Below, in pieces: positions 50,060 through 63,000 of a stretch of DNA of 64,000 nucleotides. Made by a program: the position numbers and the translations under genes. The notes below the pieces were generated by a model that saw only the letters and a list, made by a program, of their open reading frames with translations, was not told the DNA's origin and searched no databases. Each line of letters begins with the position of its first letter. Within the stretch, counting starts at the first letter, position 1. The stretch is from NCBI RefSeq assembly GCF_006345805.1, contig NC_043000.1:66154001-66218000 (forward strand), in the 5' to 3' direction. The DNA is from Octopus sinensis (Eukaryota).

Positions 50060-51111
50060 ATGAGTATAACTACAGATGTGTACCCCCTTCTAATATGTTA
50101 CTTCATAACTTCTAGAAAAATGGATATTTTTTAATGAAATTTTCAACAAATACCATTTAGATACTGTGGATTCAGAGTACATAGGGATTTATGGGAAAGA
50201 ATTTGGTTACTGTTGACATAAGTACCCAGAAACGAAATTGAAAAGAAAAAAAAAGTGCAACAGGTGTAAATATCAGTGTAGAAAACAAATCTGAAAACAA
50301 AAATGTGCAGAGAGCAGTAGGGGAGGAGGAGAGGCCTTTGGAAAATTCAGAAGATCAGATGTTTTTCCCTCATAACTTTTAGGAAAATGGTTTTTCTTTT
50401 AATGAAATTTTATCTATGTATGTATATATGCATATATATATTTGTTATTTATATTATTATATGATTGAATACCACGCATCCATTTCCAAGTAAATTTATC
50501 TTAATAATTTTGAAGCGACTCTACTCTGTACTGTTCTTTCTCTCCCCCCTTTTTGTTTTCTCTCTTCTTTTCTCCCTTTCTCCCGCTTTTATTTTTCTCC
50601 CCTTCATCGTTTTTTATTTGTCTGTCTGTCTCACTCTCGTTGCTCACATGTGACCATCGTCCATCTTTCTTTTCCTCACATGATCATTTTCTTTCAGTCT
50701 GTTGCACAGACCAGATGCCTTCTTATCTGTCTCCTCTCCTATCTTTTCTCTTGTCAAAGAATATTCCTCCAGCGTTCATTACCTTACCTCATCTGGCCCT
50801 CCATGTTTGTTTTCGTTTGGTTTGTTGTATGTCTCCACTGTCCTGTTTTTGTTACTAACTTTGACCCTCTGCAAATCCCAAATTTTATTTTAGCTCATGG
50901 GAGCAACTGTTTTTCGAAGCATCATATTGTTGTTAATTGCTCAAAATGTGGAGTAGATGAACAGCCAACAACTGATTAAGGGTCGTTCTTTATGGTACTT
51001 GTCATGTTTTCCATTTGTTTCTCTTGTTGTTCACATACCCAAGTTTGCCTTCGTATTTCATATTTTCATATTTCATGTTATTTACATTTTGTGATGTTCT
51101 GTACCCATATA

Positions 51112-51160
<49 letters not shown>

Positions 51161-52475
51161 AGAAGGACCCGAACCCTTCAAAGGGATGTTTAGCATCCAA
51201 GTTCCTGAGGAAAAGCCTAATTTGTGATTTCAAAAGGATTATATTTTCCTCAAAGTTACGAGGGAAAAACTCGGATCTTGTGAATTTTCCGGTCTTCTCC
51301 AGCCACCCCCACCTCACCCCGTTGCTTTCCATGCATTTTTGTTTTCTGATTCATTTCCTACATGGGTGTGAAGTAGAAAGATATTCATTTTCTTCAAAGT
51401 TACGAGGGAAAAACACCGGATCTTGTGAATTTTCCGAAAGCCTCTTCCCCCCATTGATCTCTGCACATTTTTTCACACCCGTTGCACTATTTTTTTTTTA
51501 ACGATTTCGTTTCAAGGTAATAATGTCGATATTACCCAAGAATTTTTCCGTAGGGATGGAGAGGAGTTTCGGAAAATTCACATAATCCGACTTTTTTTTC
51601 CTCATAACTTTCAGGAAAATGGATTTCTTTTCATGAAATTTTATACAAATATCTTTCAAACAGTATAGACTACGATTATTAAGAATTTTTTTCCAAGTGT
51701 ATGGAAAGAGGAGTTTGGAATCAGGAAGACCAAAGAAGTTGGATGGAAACTTCCCCCATTTTGTTTATATTATTTCACCACAGCCTTTGAAATGATGGGG
51801 GTATCTTTTTATAAAAAAAAAAAACTTTTGAAAAATCCCCCCTCCCCATCCCACTCCGAACCGATTTTGACCAACTTTTTTTTAAACTTAAAAACTATGG
51901 GAGGAGTCTTTCTGTAAAAAAAATAAAATGAAATGTAAATATTTTCAGAGGAAAAGGTGTACAATTCATAATCTATATTTGACTGTTGTTTTTAGCACAT
52001 CCCAAACCACCCTTCGTTTTCACTCTCACGTGTATTGATGTTTTTTTAGTATTTTTCTCCTATTAAACACATGTTATGGGGTAAAGTTTTACCGGCTGAG
52101 TTGGTAAAACTTTATCCAAATTTCTTTATAATCGTAATCTATGTAGTTTGAAAGGTATTTGTAAAAAATTTCATTGAAGTATGTCCATTTTCCTGAAAGT
52201 TATGAGGGAAAAAAATCAGATCGTATGAATTTTCTGAAACTCTTCTCCCCACTCCTCAGAAAACTTTTTCCCCATAGATCCCGATATACTCTGAATCCAC
52301 AGTATCTAAACAGTATTTGTTGAAAATTTCGATAAAAAGTATCCATTTTTCTGGAAGTTATTGAGGCAACAAAATCGGTGGGGAAAACATCTGTAGTTAT
52401 GCCATGGAGTTACCTGGGGGAAAACATCTGTAGTTATGCCATGGAGCATAACTACAGATGCTATGCCTTATTATG
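50060..52475. mobile_element. Large non-autonomous fold-back element with internal sub-repeats
   Basis: 50066-50200 is the inverted counterpart of 52265-52400. The motif cataactt.(c/t)aggaaaatgga...atgaaattt recurs in both orientations. There is a terminal palindrome at 52425-52460. Confidence 0.7.
50860..51110 (+). mobile_element. Possible Penelope-like 3' relic nested in the fold-back element
   Basis: IVVNCSKCG resembles the CxxC segment of PLE GIY-YIG domains. It is flanked by pyrimidine-rich sequence and a (TA)n tract. The similarity is weak. Confidence 0.3.
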
Positions 52476-54315
52476 ATATACTCAAGGTATATTCCGATTG
52501 TCGTAGATGTAAAATATTTTGTTTTATTCGGTGGCATAAAACTATACTTTTACAAAAGTTTACATGTGGTTGAATTGTGCGCTATTTACTGTGGCTAACT
52601 TTTTTCTTAAGATTCGCTCAGACGTGTACGACGAGAGGAATCAAAAACGAATTTAAAGATTTGAAAATCCAACATCACTGTTAAAAATAAATCTCTGACA
52701 AGTAGTATATTACTAAAACCCTGTAAATTATGGGATTGTTTTCGTCAAGCAATGCATAGATAAAATGAGACTAAACGGTAATGCTTACCTACTGTTGCAG
52801 ATATCCAGAAAAGACGTATCTGCTGAAAAGGAAATGATGTCAATAAATTGTAGTACCGCACTCACAACAGTGACGTTCAGTATTTCCACAATTTCGCGCT
52901 ATTTGCAAGTGTGATGAAATCATTCTAGTATATAATTATATCAAGACGAAGTCAATGGGAAAAATAGGTGTGCTGGATCAGTGTGGGTCGTATTTATGTA
53001 TGTACGTATACGAGACAACACACTGATTCTCCTTCTCTCGCTTTCTCACACCCACCCACAAACACGTTCGTTTCATATACACATACATACATCTTTCACT
53101 TTCTCTTCTCTTTCACTTTAAAATAAAAGTAAATAAATTTTTTAAAAAACTTTTACGGAAATTAGCGAACAACAATGACAAGCCAAAACGAAAGATGGCC
53201 AAATTTGGCAGGATGGTCATGGTTAGAATGTCTTTAATTATATGTTTGCTCAATAAGGACTATATGAAGCTAAATAACTGTGCTATAGCTTCGCTTAAAC
53301 AGAAGTTAGTTGGGCTATCCTGCAACCAAGAGAGAATTAGTGATTACTATATAGGTGGAAGATGTGTCGAAATATGGAAGGAGTGGCGTTCATGCCTTTC
53401 CCGATGGCATCAACATTGTAAACGAAACATCAAAACTTTCGTCTGTTATCACGCATAAAATAACCAGCCAAGTACTGCAGTTGATTTATACTTATATAAT
53501 GCAAACTGATGGAATTATAGAAGACTAAAAAGATATTCCCGCTAACCTTGTCTTTACGTTGCTACTTGTGCTTTCGTCAACCAGTAAGCCAGTTGGATGG
53601 CTGGCGATTATTTAATTTTTGATTGTATTTTTAAGGGTGGGCTATTAATTTAGCTAGCAATAAGAACGAGCTGTTACTCTTTTACTTGTTTCAGTCATGT
53701 GACTGTGGCCATGCTGGTGCACCGCCTTTAGTCGATCAAATCGACCTCAGGACTTATTCTTTGTAAGCCTAGTACTTATTCTATCGGTGTCTATTTTGCC
53801 AAACCGCTAAGTTACGGGGACGTAAACACACCAGCATCGGTTGTCAAGCGATGTTGGGGAGACAAACACAGACACACAAGCATACACACACACATACATA
53901 TATATATATACAACGGGCTTCTTTAGGTTTCCGTCTACCAAATCCACTCACAAGGTTCGGCCCGAGGCTATAGTAGAAGACACTTGCCCAAGGTGCCATG
54001 CAGTGGGACTGAATCTGGAACATTGTGGTTTGTAAGCAAGCTACTTACCACACACAGCCACTCCTACGCCTATATGTTGTAAGCATTTTTTTTAACCAGC
54101 TGGTGGAAGATCTGCCTGGGGGTCAAACTAGTAGTAACATGGAACATCCACTTTGATGTAGCGATTAACTTTACTGGTTAGTATAGTTACTACTCTGATC
54201 TCGAGATTTTACAACTAGCTACTTTGCTTGTTGCAAATCAGTGACCGATGGTTCCTTTGTTTTACAATATATTGCTGACCGGAGCGGACTCAGGCTATCT
54301 TACTGGCGACTAGGT

Positions 54316-54366
54316 GATCGCACCTGAAGAGGAGCCAACTAGCTCGAAACAGTCAATCTTGCGATC
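54316..54366 (+). ncRNA. Minimal type-I hammerhead-ribozyme-like motif
   Basis: gatcgca-c-CTGAAGA-G-GAGC-caacta-GCTC-GAAAC-A-GTC-aatct-tgcgatc: catalytic core boxes, a perfect 4-bp stem II and a 7-bp distal stem I. One extra purine follows the core and the proximal stem I is unpaired. Confidence 0.55.
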
Positions 54367-54961
54367 CTGTTGTCTACTAGAGGATGGTAGGGGTTCACTC
54401 CCCTGCTAGCAATATATAAAATGTGATCGCGTGTGTACCGTTGGCGATTTTTTTCTTTCTGTCTTCCCTTCTCTGGATCTTTCCTTCTCCTATGTTTCCG
54501 ACGAAGAGCTCCGCTCAAAACGTTAAACCCTCCTTCTTTCCTGAGCGTCCAATAATACTATATCTGTTCCACGACCTCGTGTTGTTGTGTTTTTTTGTGC
54601 TTTCATGTTTGGATTATATATATATATATATATATGTATGTCAAAGGTGTAGTGCCGCACCAATAACCAGCAGGTGGAAGATCTTCCTAGGGTTAAAATA
54701 GTAGTAACACTTTGATGAGACGATTATCTTTACTGGTTAGTATAGTTACTGTTCTGATCTCTTTTTGAGATTTTACAACTAGCTAATTTGCTTATGTATG
54801 TGTATATATATGTGTGTGTGTGTGCGCACATGTGGGCATGTGTGTTTGTGTCTGCTTACACAGACATGACAGAAGTAAAAGACACCTTTATGACTTAAAA
54901 TTTATTTAAATCTGAAATTATATATTCAAATTATTTATTAATTATTATAATGTGAATATCT

Positions 54962-55630
54962 AATATTTAGTATACATGCCCTTTGCATTTTTGAATGCAA
55001 GGACCCCATTAGGCCTGTTACTGGTCAGATGAAGAATATTCTCTTGAGAAATTTCTTGCAAAGTTTCATGCAGTGATTTCTAAAGATCTGGCTTTGGGGA
55101 TGCTTTCTTGCTCTTTTTACCTGATGACCGGTTTGGCCATGGAAGCTTTGTAATGCCATTCTCTTCCAACCAATCTTGAGTTTTCTTAGCCATCTTCCAT
55201 AAATAGTCTTCTTTAATAATTTTCCCACTGGAGAAGATAGGAAGGAGTCCTTTCTGCAATATCTTTATCTGAGTATATACTTCCCTCACGCTCCACTAGT
55301 TCTGATTGACCATTGCTCCAAATTGTTCCCCACAGCATCACAAAATAACTGCCATGTTTCATTGTCGGCTGCAATCTTTTCATGTCAAATTCTTGAGCAC
55401 AGTCTCCAGACCCACACTCAAACACTGTCAGAAAATACAGCAAATCTGGACTCATCAAAGAATATGACAGTGCTAGGGGTCTCTCCACCATCTCACTGGC
55501 CCAATCTTTTCTCTGCTTGATATTGACTGGTTGAAGAAGTGGCTTCCTTCTTGTTGCTCTACCATAGTAGCCAAGTTTGTGGAGATAGCTGGCAGCTGTT
55601 TTAGGTGCAATCCCATGGTCATTCATTACC
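54962..55630 (-). pseudogene. Tc1-family transposase fragment, frameshifted
   Basis: LHKLGYYGRATRRKPLL...RKDWA, VIFFDESRF, LQPTMKHG...VMLWG, ILQKGLLP, WLEENGITKLPWP, NAKG.YTKY*. Confidence 0.9.
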
Positions 55631-55690
55631 AATGGAGCTCTTTCCCTTTTATGTTTATATGTATGTATGTGTATATAAATATAAATATAA

Positions 55691-55731
<41 letters not shown>

Positions 55732-57526
55732 CACATCAAAATAAAAAAAAAAGAATCAAGAAAAATAATAGGACATACACAGTGAATGTATTAGATGCCC
55801 AGAGAAAGTTTTAGATTGGAAAAAAAGGCACTGCCTTGAAGGGTTTTAGCTAGACAAATCAACCCCAGAACTTATTCTTTTAAAGTCTGGTACTTATTCT
55901 GGTGGTTTCTTCTGCTGGTCCGCTAAGTCATGGAAACATAAACACACCAATACCTTGCACAAGTGGTGGGTTAAACACACACATACATAGGGAATAAAAT
56001 GTATGACTTAAAGGTTTGGTCACTGTTTAGTTACATATTTAGGAGTTGGTTATTTACTTATTCAATTTTAGTTACCGATACTGTTGTACATAGGGTAAGT
56101 GTGTTTGAAAGTTATGGTTTCTTTGGTATGTTTGTTCCCAAACAACACTTCTTTTAATACTGTTGCCACCACTGGATTGAATGGTATTGCCCAGGTGTCG
56201 AAACCATAATGACGTCTATGGGGTAGCTGATGATGGAGGTATGTTGGATTGTTGGTATGGCTGTTTTTGTACATGTGGAATAGTATTAACACATATCCTT
56301 TTGATATATATATATATACCAGAGTAAGCACATAAATGTGAAACAAAGTCGAAAAAATAGTACTCAAATACCAGAGGTAGAGTAATATACTTTATTAATA
56401 GAGTATATATATATATATATATACGATGGGCTTCTTTCAGTTTCCTTCAACCAAATCCACTCACAATGTTTTGATCATCCAGAGGCTATAGAAGATGACA
56501 CTTTGCCCAAGGTGCCATGCAGTTGGGCCGAACCCAGAATCATGTGGTTGGGAAGCCCTCCCCAAGAACATAAATTTTATAGGGGAAGAGAATGTTAGTC
56601 CATGACCTGTCTATCTGATATTACATAACTGCTTGCTTCTGCTCATTATGTTCTCAATTAGTTTCTAAAAACGCAACACTTTTATAAAAACTAACAGAAT
56701 AAATGTATGGGGAAACTAGCAACAGGATAAGTGCATGAGAGACATGTCACTGATAAGATCATAAGGTGTATATAGTTTTGAGTCTAATCCAAAATTAACT
56801 TCTCTTCCCATAATAATTCTGCTTGTCATTGCGTTACCTAGCCCGTCGGTAACAATTAGAAAAAGGAGGGAGAAAGAAAAAGAAAGAAAAAAGAGGGAGG
56901 GACAAAAAGAAGGATGTAGAAGGAATGTAATAGCAATGTTTTCATGTGATTATTTGAAGAGAAAGAGGAGAAAGAAAAAGAGGATGAGGCAAAGAGTGAG
57001 ACAGAAAGAACGAGAGAGAAGTGTCCATGATGTAAGGTAGGGGGAACATAATATTTATTATGTGGTTAAAAAACTTAGTTGAATGTAGAAGAGGAGAGCT
57101 AAAAATATGATTTTAGCAGAGGGGTGATTTTCTGATGGTGAGGTTTAAAAAACGTAGGGAGAGAGAAAGAGAAAAGGGAGAGAGAGAGCGAGCGATTTAG
57201 CTAAAGGTTGTATCATGTTTTTTTTGTTGATAGGAAAAATGGAAAAATAAGAGTGAACATTTATTTTGTGAGTGCTGAGTATGAAGTCTATAAAATTGTG
57301 CATATAATGTATAAAATGTGTATATATAAAGTGCATTTAGTAATCATCATATTCTTATTTCTTTCACTTTTCAATGAGTAGCAGATGAGTGACTATCTTT
57401 TCATATAGATACAACACAGGGTGCAATTTAACGTTTTTTGGATAAAGTTTTCAAAAATAACCCAATAGGTTTACCATTAATTCTGTGAAATATTCACAGG
57501 TCCCGCTAGTAACCATAATTTGTGGT

Positions 57527-57820
57527 CAGGGCCAGTGCAAGGAAATATGGGGTCCAATACAGAATTGTCAGTGGGACCCCTCTACAAAAACTGAAGATTA
57601 ATGTTTTATACTTTGTGTAGTACAGTAATCCCAGCCAAAAAGTGTTGAGGCTTTGCCATTAGCCACGATGATATATTGAAAATTGAAAGCTCATATGAAA
57701 GTTTTAAGCCGGGCATGTACATGGGGTCCTGGCTTGACGCGGGACCCTCTCTTGCCGCGGGGCCTTCTCTTGGTGCAGGGCCCAATTTGAACAAATCTAA
57801 TTGACTTAAAACCGAGCCTC
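57527..57820. mobile_element. hAT-type MITE, 294 bp
   Basis: Starts CAGGGCCAG. Perfect 8-bp TSD TTTGTGGT at 57519-57526 and 57821-57828. The right TIR is decayed. Confidence 0.8.
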
Positions 57821-58924
57821 TTTGTGGTTGAGTAGAGTCTATTGGCATCACAAAACACAATCGGTAGTGGGAAGGCTAACAACCGCTTCATGGTAGGTAA
57901 CTCTGATAAAAATAGATAAGTGTTGCTGCCCTTACTTTCATTGGAAATTTTAGTAAAATTTCTGTATAGTTTAAAGCACCAGTTTCTCTGTATATTCCGG
58001 GGATAGATCAATGTAGAATCATTGCTATGATATCTATGATCCCAGGACTTTGCCATTCACTATCAATCTAGTCTATTTCATTTGAATGTGTTTGCTATTT
58101 AAATGCAATAACAAGTGATGCAATAGACAGGATTCATGAAAAGCATTGTGACTCATGTATGGTCTAAAACTGAAATCAAAATATTAAGCAGTGAAGATGT
58201 GAATTATCGATTGATGCAACATATATATATATATATATATGATTATATGTATAATATACGAAGGAGATGAAAAAGGACTAAGATATCTGGTGCATTACTG
58301 CACTCAAGAAGACTCGTCAACAACAGCAGAATTTCCTTTTACATGTCACTGGCATGGGCCATAACATAGAATTAAAAAAAAAAGGTGGGGAGCACTGGAC
58401 ACATACTTATTTATTTCTAAAATTAGTTTGTTGTCCTGATACTGTATCTGATATACCAAGGACTTTTTTTCTCGTTTTTTTTCTTTCTTTTTTTAAGATT
58501 GTAAATAATTTTAGGCCCTAAATTTATCAGAGAATGGCTGTGCAGCTATTTATTAGCAACATCTAGGAATGACATACTTCCATCAATGTGATATTAAAAG
58601 GAAAAATTAACTAGAACTGTTGTAAGTTACCTTCCGTGGTGTACCTTACACTTATCAAGGAACTTTGCCTGTCCAGATTTCTTTATGTCGAAGGTAAAAC
58701 AAGGCTAGTATGTCAGAGAGACAACAGGGTGCAGAGCACACACAAACATATATATATATATATTAAATGACATAGGCATGGAACATTTACTTTCAGGACT
58801 CTTGAGATTTTCAACAGCAATTCAATACTTGCTACCATTTATCAGCTGTTGCAAGTTTACTACATATCTAATGCAGGAGAAAATATCAGTGTAAGCTGAA
58901 GCTACAGACATATATATATATATA

Positions 58925-59355
58925 CTAGCAGCATAGCCCGGCATTGCCCGGGTATGTAAGAGCCCCTAGTAGGCAACGACTAATCCCAATCTAGTCCTTT
59001 CCCTCTTGGGAACGAAGGCGCATGTGCAGGTTGCAATATCTTCTCTTCACTCGAATACTTCTGTGTATACGATGTTCCTAGCTGTCCCTTTGGGCGATAA
59101 AAAGGTCGAGTTGTGTCCCCTAGACAGAAAATGTGTTGCATATAAAAAGCTTAGATTCTCGACCCCATGTCGAATTTATCGATCTTTTTCAGAACTGGAG
59201 GAACTTTGCAAAGTTTTCGCTGCGTTAGTTTTGAATTATGACATTGGGCTATGTGTGTGTCAAGTTTCATCAGAATCGGTTGAAAGCCATGGTCAGGGTG
59301 AGGGTACAACCTGACAGACACACAGACAGACAAACTGCCGTTTATATATAGAGAG

Positions 59356-59356
<1 letters not shown>
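58925..59356 (-). mobile_element. Complete non-autonomous Helitron, 432 bp
   Basis: Minus strand A|TC(TCTCTATATATAAACGGCAG) ... hairpin cccgggcaatgccggg (58937-58952) ... CTAG|T, a canonical AT target with no TSD. Confidence 0.9.
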
Positions 59357-59407
<51 letters not shown>

Positions 59408-60099
59408 ATACACACACACACACACACAAATAAATAATTGCTGGTTTTATATGTTGAGTATTTATGGAGTCAGACCTATAAAACTGATTGTCGAGGCAAA
59501 ATAATATTAATAGCAACTGCTCACAACAATGTTTTGTTGAAACTGGTTTCTCTTTTGAGAACCCATATGGACAAAATATTGTGTGTGTGTAGCTTAGTAG
59601 TTAGGGTATTTGACTCATGATCATAAAATTGTGGTTTTGATTCTTGGACCAGACAATGCATTGTTCTGGAGCAAAATATTTCTTTGTGCTCCAGTTCACT
59701 CAGCTGGCAAAAATGAGTGATCCTGAGATGGACTGATGTTCCATCCAGGGGGAAATATATGTGTCATAGAAACTGGGAAACTGAGTCAATATGACTTGGG
59801 AAGTGTCTTAATCCTTTATACATTTATATGTACATATAGCGAGACATCTGTGCTTGTTCCTCTATCATACTTTAATTTCCCAACATATGGTACAAAGCCA
59901 CTTCCCCTACTTAGTCAAAAGGACTTTCACCTTTTCCTGTCTTGTAAGTTACTTGGTGACGTCACTGGTGCTGGTGGCATAAAAAAAAAGCACCCTTTTC
60001 ACACTGTAAAATAATTAACGTTAAGGAGGACATCGAACCATAGAAACCATACCATTCTGACACTGGTGCTTTTTCTCTGGAACAATTTTTATAGTTTAC

Positions 60100-63000
60100 T
60101 TAGTGTGATGATATATGGTGCTTTATATTACATACAATGTAATCCTTTCATGATTTATAATGAGCAATACCTCATCAGGTCTTAAAATGGAAAAAAAAAC
60201 TTTCTAATGAATGCATTGTCTACATTATTGAAAATAATTACTTCTCAAGAAAGTCTTTCTAAAAAGAAGACCTAAAAGACAATACCCATAGTTATCAATA
60301 GCTTATATTTGTTTCCAGCTGTAACCAGACCATCAAAATGCAAAACAAAAAACCCCTTCAGAATCTATCTTCAAATATAGCCTAGCATTTTTCTCCCTAG
60401 CAAAATACTTTTCCACTAAATACTGTATTTTGTTTCTGATAGTTGTCAATACCCCATGCATTACTATAGCCATGTCATCAAATGTTTGTGTGCTTGTCCA
60501 CACATATATTCAAGAGTTTTGGCTAAATATGCATAAACAATTAATTGCATATCACCCAAAATTTATACAAAATATATATAAAAAAAACTAATGAAGAAAA
60601 TATTCAAGTATATGTCAATTTATTCCAACAATAGAACAAAAAGATTGCTTTATTACAGGGTAATAAAAAATTTCAACACAAAATATTTCTTCTTCAATAT
60701 GAGTCATTATGTAATAAAAATTCAATGTATCAAAGGAGACGTGATGTTTTTGTTCCTTAGTTATGCCGCTTTCTGTGAAGAAATAACAGAATAATATCCT
60801 TTTAATATTGATCAATAACTTTTAAAATACATATTGCAAAGTAAAAAGAATTAATGACAATACTTAGCATGTTAAAGGAGTGATCAAAATAATCTATAAG
60901 ATTAATGGAATTTTATGCATATGACATGTTAAAGCAATAGAAACAATGATAACTTTAAATCAAACAGCAAAATACTGAAGTTTATTAAAACTAAGGGTCA
61001 CTTTTTGACACCCAGCTTAATGAAAGAAACAGTGAAACAAAACCATACTTGTATTTTGGTACATTTGCTTTAAGAAATTAATTTAAAATGTTACATCTAT
61101 TCTGACAAAATACTTTCAACAAAACACAGTATCCATAACAAAACATCCATAGCAAATTATGACCCTAAAATATGAAAATGCCCTAAATAATACCATTAGG
61201 AAGCACAATTACATTTTAGGTTTCAAAAATAAAAATTTTCAAATCTTCCTCATTACTAACCCGGAGCAATGTCCTCAAGGTAGAATAAGTTGTTTTAGTT
61301 ATCAAGTACAAATGACCCCTTTTTTAAAATTGGATGACAGAACATTAACTATACAGTGTCTTTCATTTTATGAACATTTAGCTAGCAGTGCTATATCATT
61401 GTCAGAATGATTGTTGATTCATTTATACCAGAGATTTTACACGTCAACATTATGATGTATTTAAGCAATGAAATATTTTTAAAAACTGCTAACTAAAATA
61501 ACACAAATAATCAGAAACATATTTTAATCCGATGACAGCTATAAAGAATTAAAAAATTTGGGGAAGACTGCTACAGCTCTCCTTTGTTACTTTTTAAATC
61601 ACAGACATAAAAAATAGTCTTCAAATTATAATTTTGAAAGAATCTCAATGATTTGAATAATTCATTTCCCTTAATATCTCAAACCCAAATAAGTATATAC
61701 TTTTAGTAACCACCTTTTTGAAAATTATAAAACCTTGCAATTTTTTATAACATACAGTAAATAGAGCATATATCAAATAATAATAAATCTCATATTAAAT
61801 TGGGAAGATGATAGTTATTTATTCTGGTAATGATCCAATGCTAATACTAATGAAACTTCAACAATGATTGAAAATAACTACATTATTTTCCTTCCCTACT
61901 GCCTACATGACTATATAAATTATGCAGGAGAGTGGACTGCCTTCCCAGCATACAGCATTTATTAATCTTAAAAAATGATTAATTATATTTATAAAATCTT
62001 TCATTAGAAATCTAAATTAGAAGCATCTTTTGAGTAAGTAGTCAAAAGGAAGATGGCAAGAATAATTGAAAAGTTGGTCCTTGAGTTACAGAAGCATTTA
62101 CAGTTTGAGAATAGGACAGGAATATGACCAAGTAGCAACATAACAGTCATGTATAAAAACAATATGATAGGCAGGTTACTGCTGATCTGTTTTTAACAAA
62201 GGTAACCATACAAAGGGATTGAAATTGCAATAATTTAAGCTAAAACAGTTAACACTTATATATCACTCACAATACCTTTTGCATATTTTGTTACAACAAA
62301 ACTGTTTTTACAAGACCTAACTGCAGCTTGAAGGGGAATTTAAACATTATCGTCATGAATATTGAACAATTGAACATAAAGACCTAGTCTTATGTGAGGC
62401 AAGAGTAATAAAATAATATTCAGTAAACAAATTACTGGTGTGTGAATAAGTGTTGTGTGTTTCAGGGAATGCCATGATATTTTACTGAATGACACACTTC
62501 ATTGCAAATAAATTTTCATTGAAACAAGCTTTTTATTGAGATGATTTTTCATCAAATAACTTTTTATAGAAATAGCTTTATGATTCTTTTATTGAAGGAA
62601 TTTTATAAAACTACTGTTTTGTAAAATATTTTTTATCTATAAAATAATTTTTAATATAAATAAAGTACTATAGATCTTAAAAATAGACAAATTATTTAAT
62701 ATAGGACAAAAATAAAATTTCCATTCAAAACTCTTCTTAAATTCTATATAATTTATTAAAAAAAACCCCCAGTCAACTTTAAAATTAGTATAAGGAAGGT
62801 AAGAGTGTATATATGTACATATGTGAAAAAGTGTGTGGATGTTTTATTCATTAATTTAAGGTAGAATTATCAAAGCTTAATTGTTCTCCATATCATATGA
62901 CTAATTTTCAACCAATCAGTGATGAAACAACTTTTGATTGGTTGCAACCAAATGTCCTAGAAATAGAATTATTTTACATTATATATATTTAATTCTTTAG

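Noticed and set aside
50465-50979. Overlapping hydrophobic 'membrane protein' ORFs
   Set aside because: They arise from pyrimidine-rich low-complexity sequence inside a repeat and are open in several frames.
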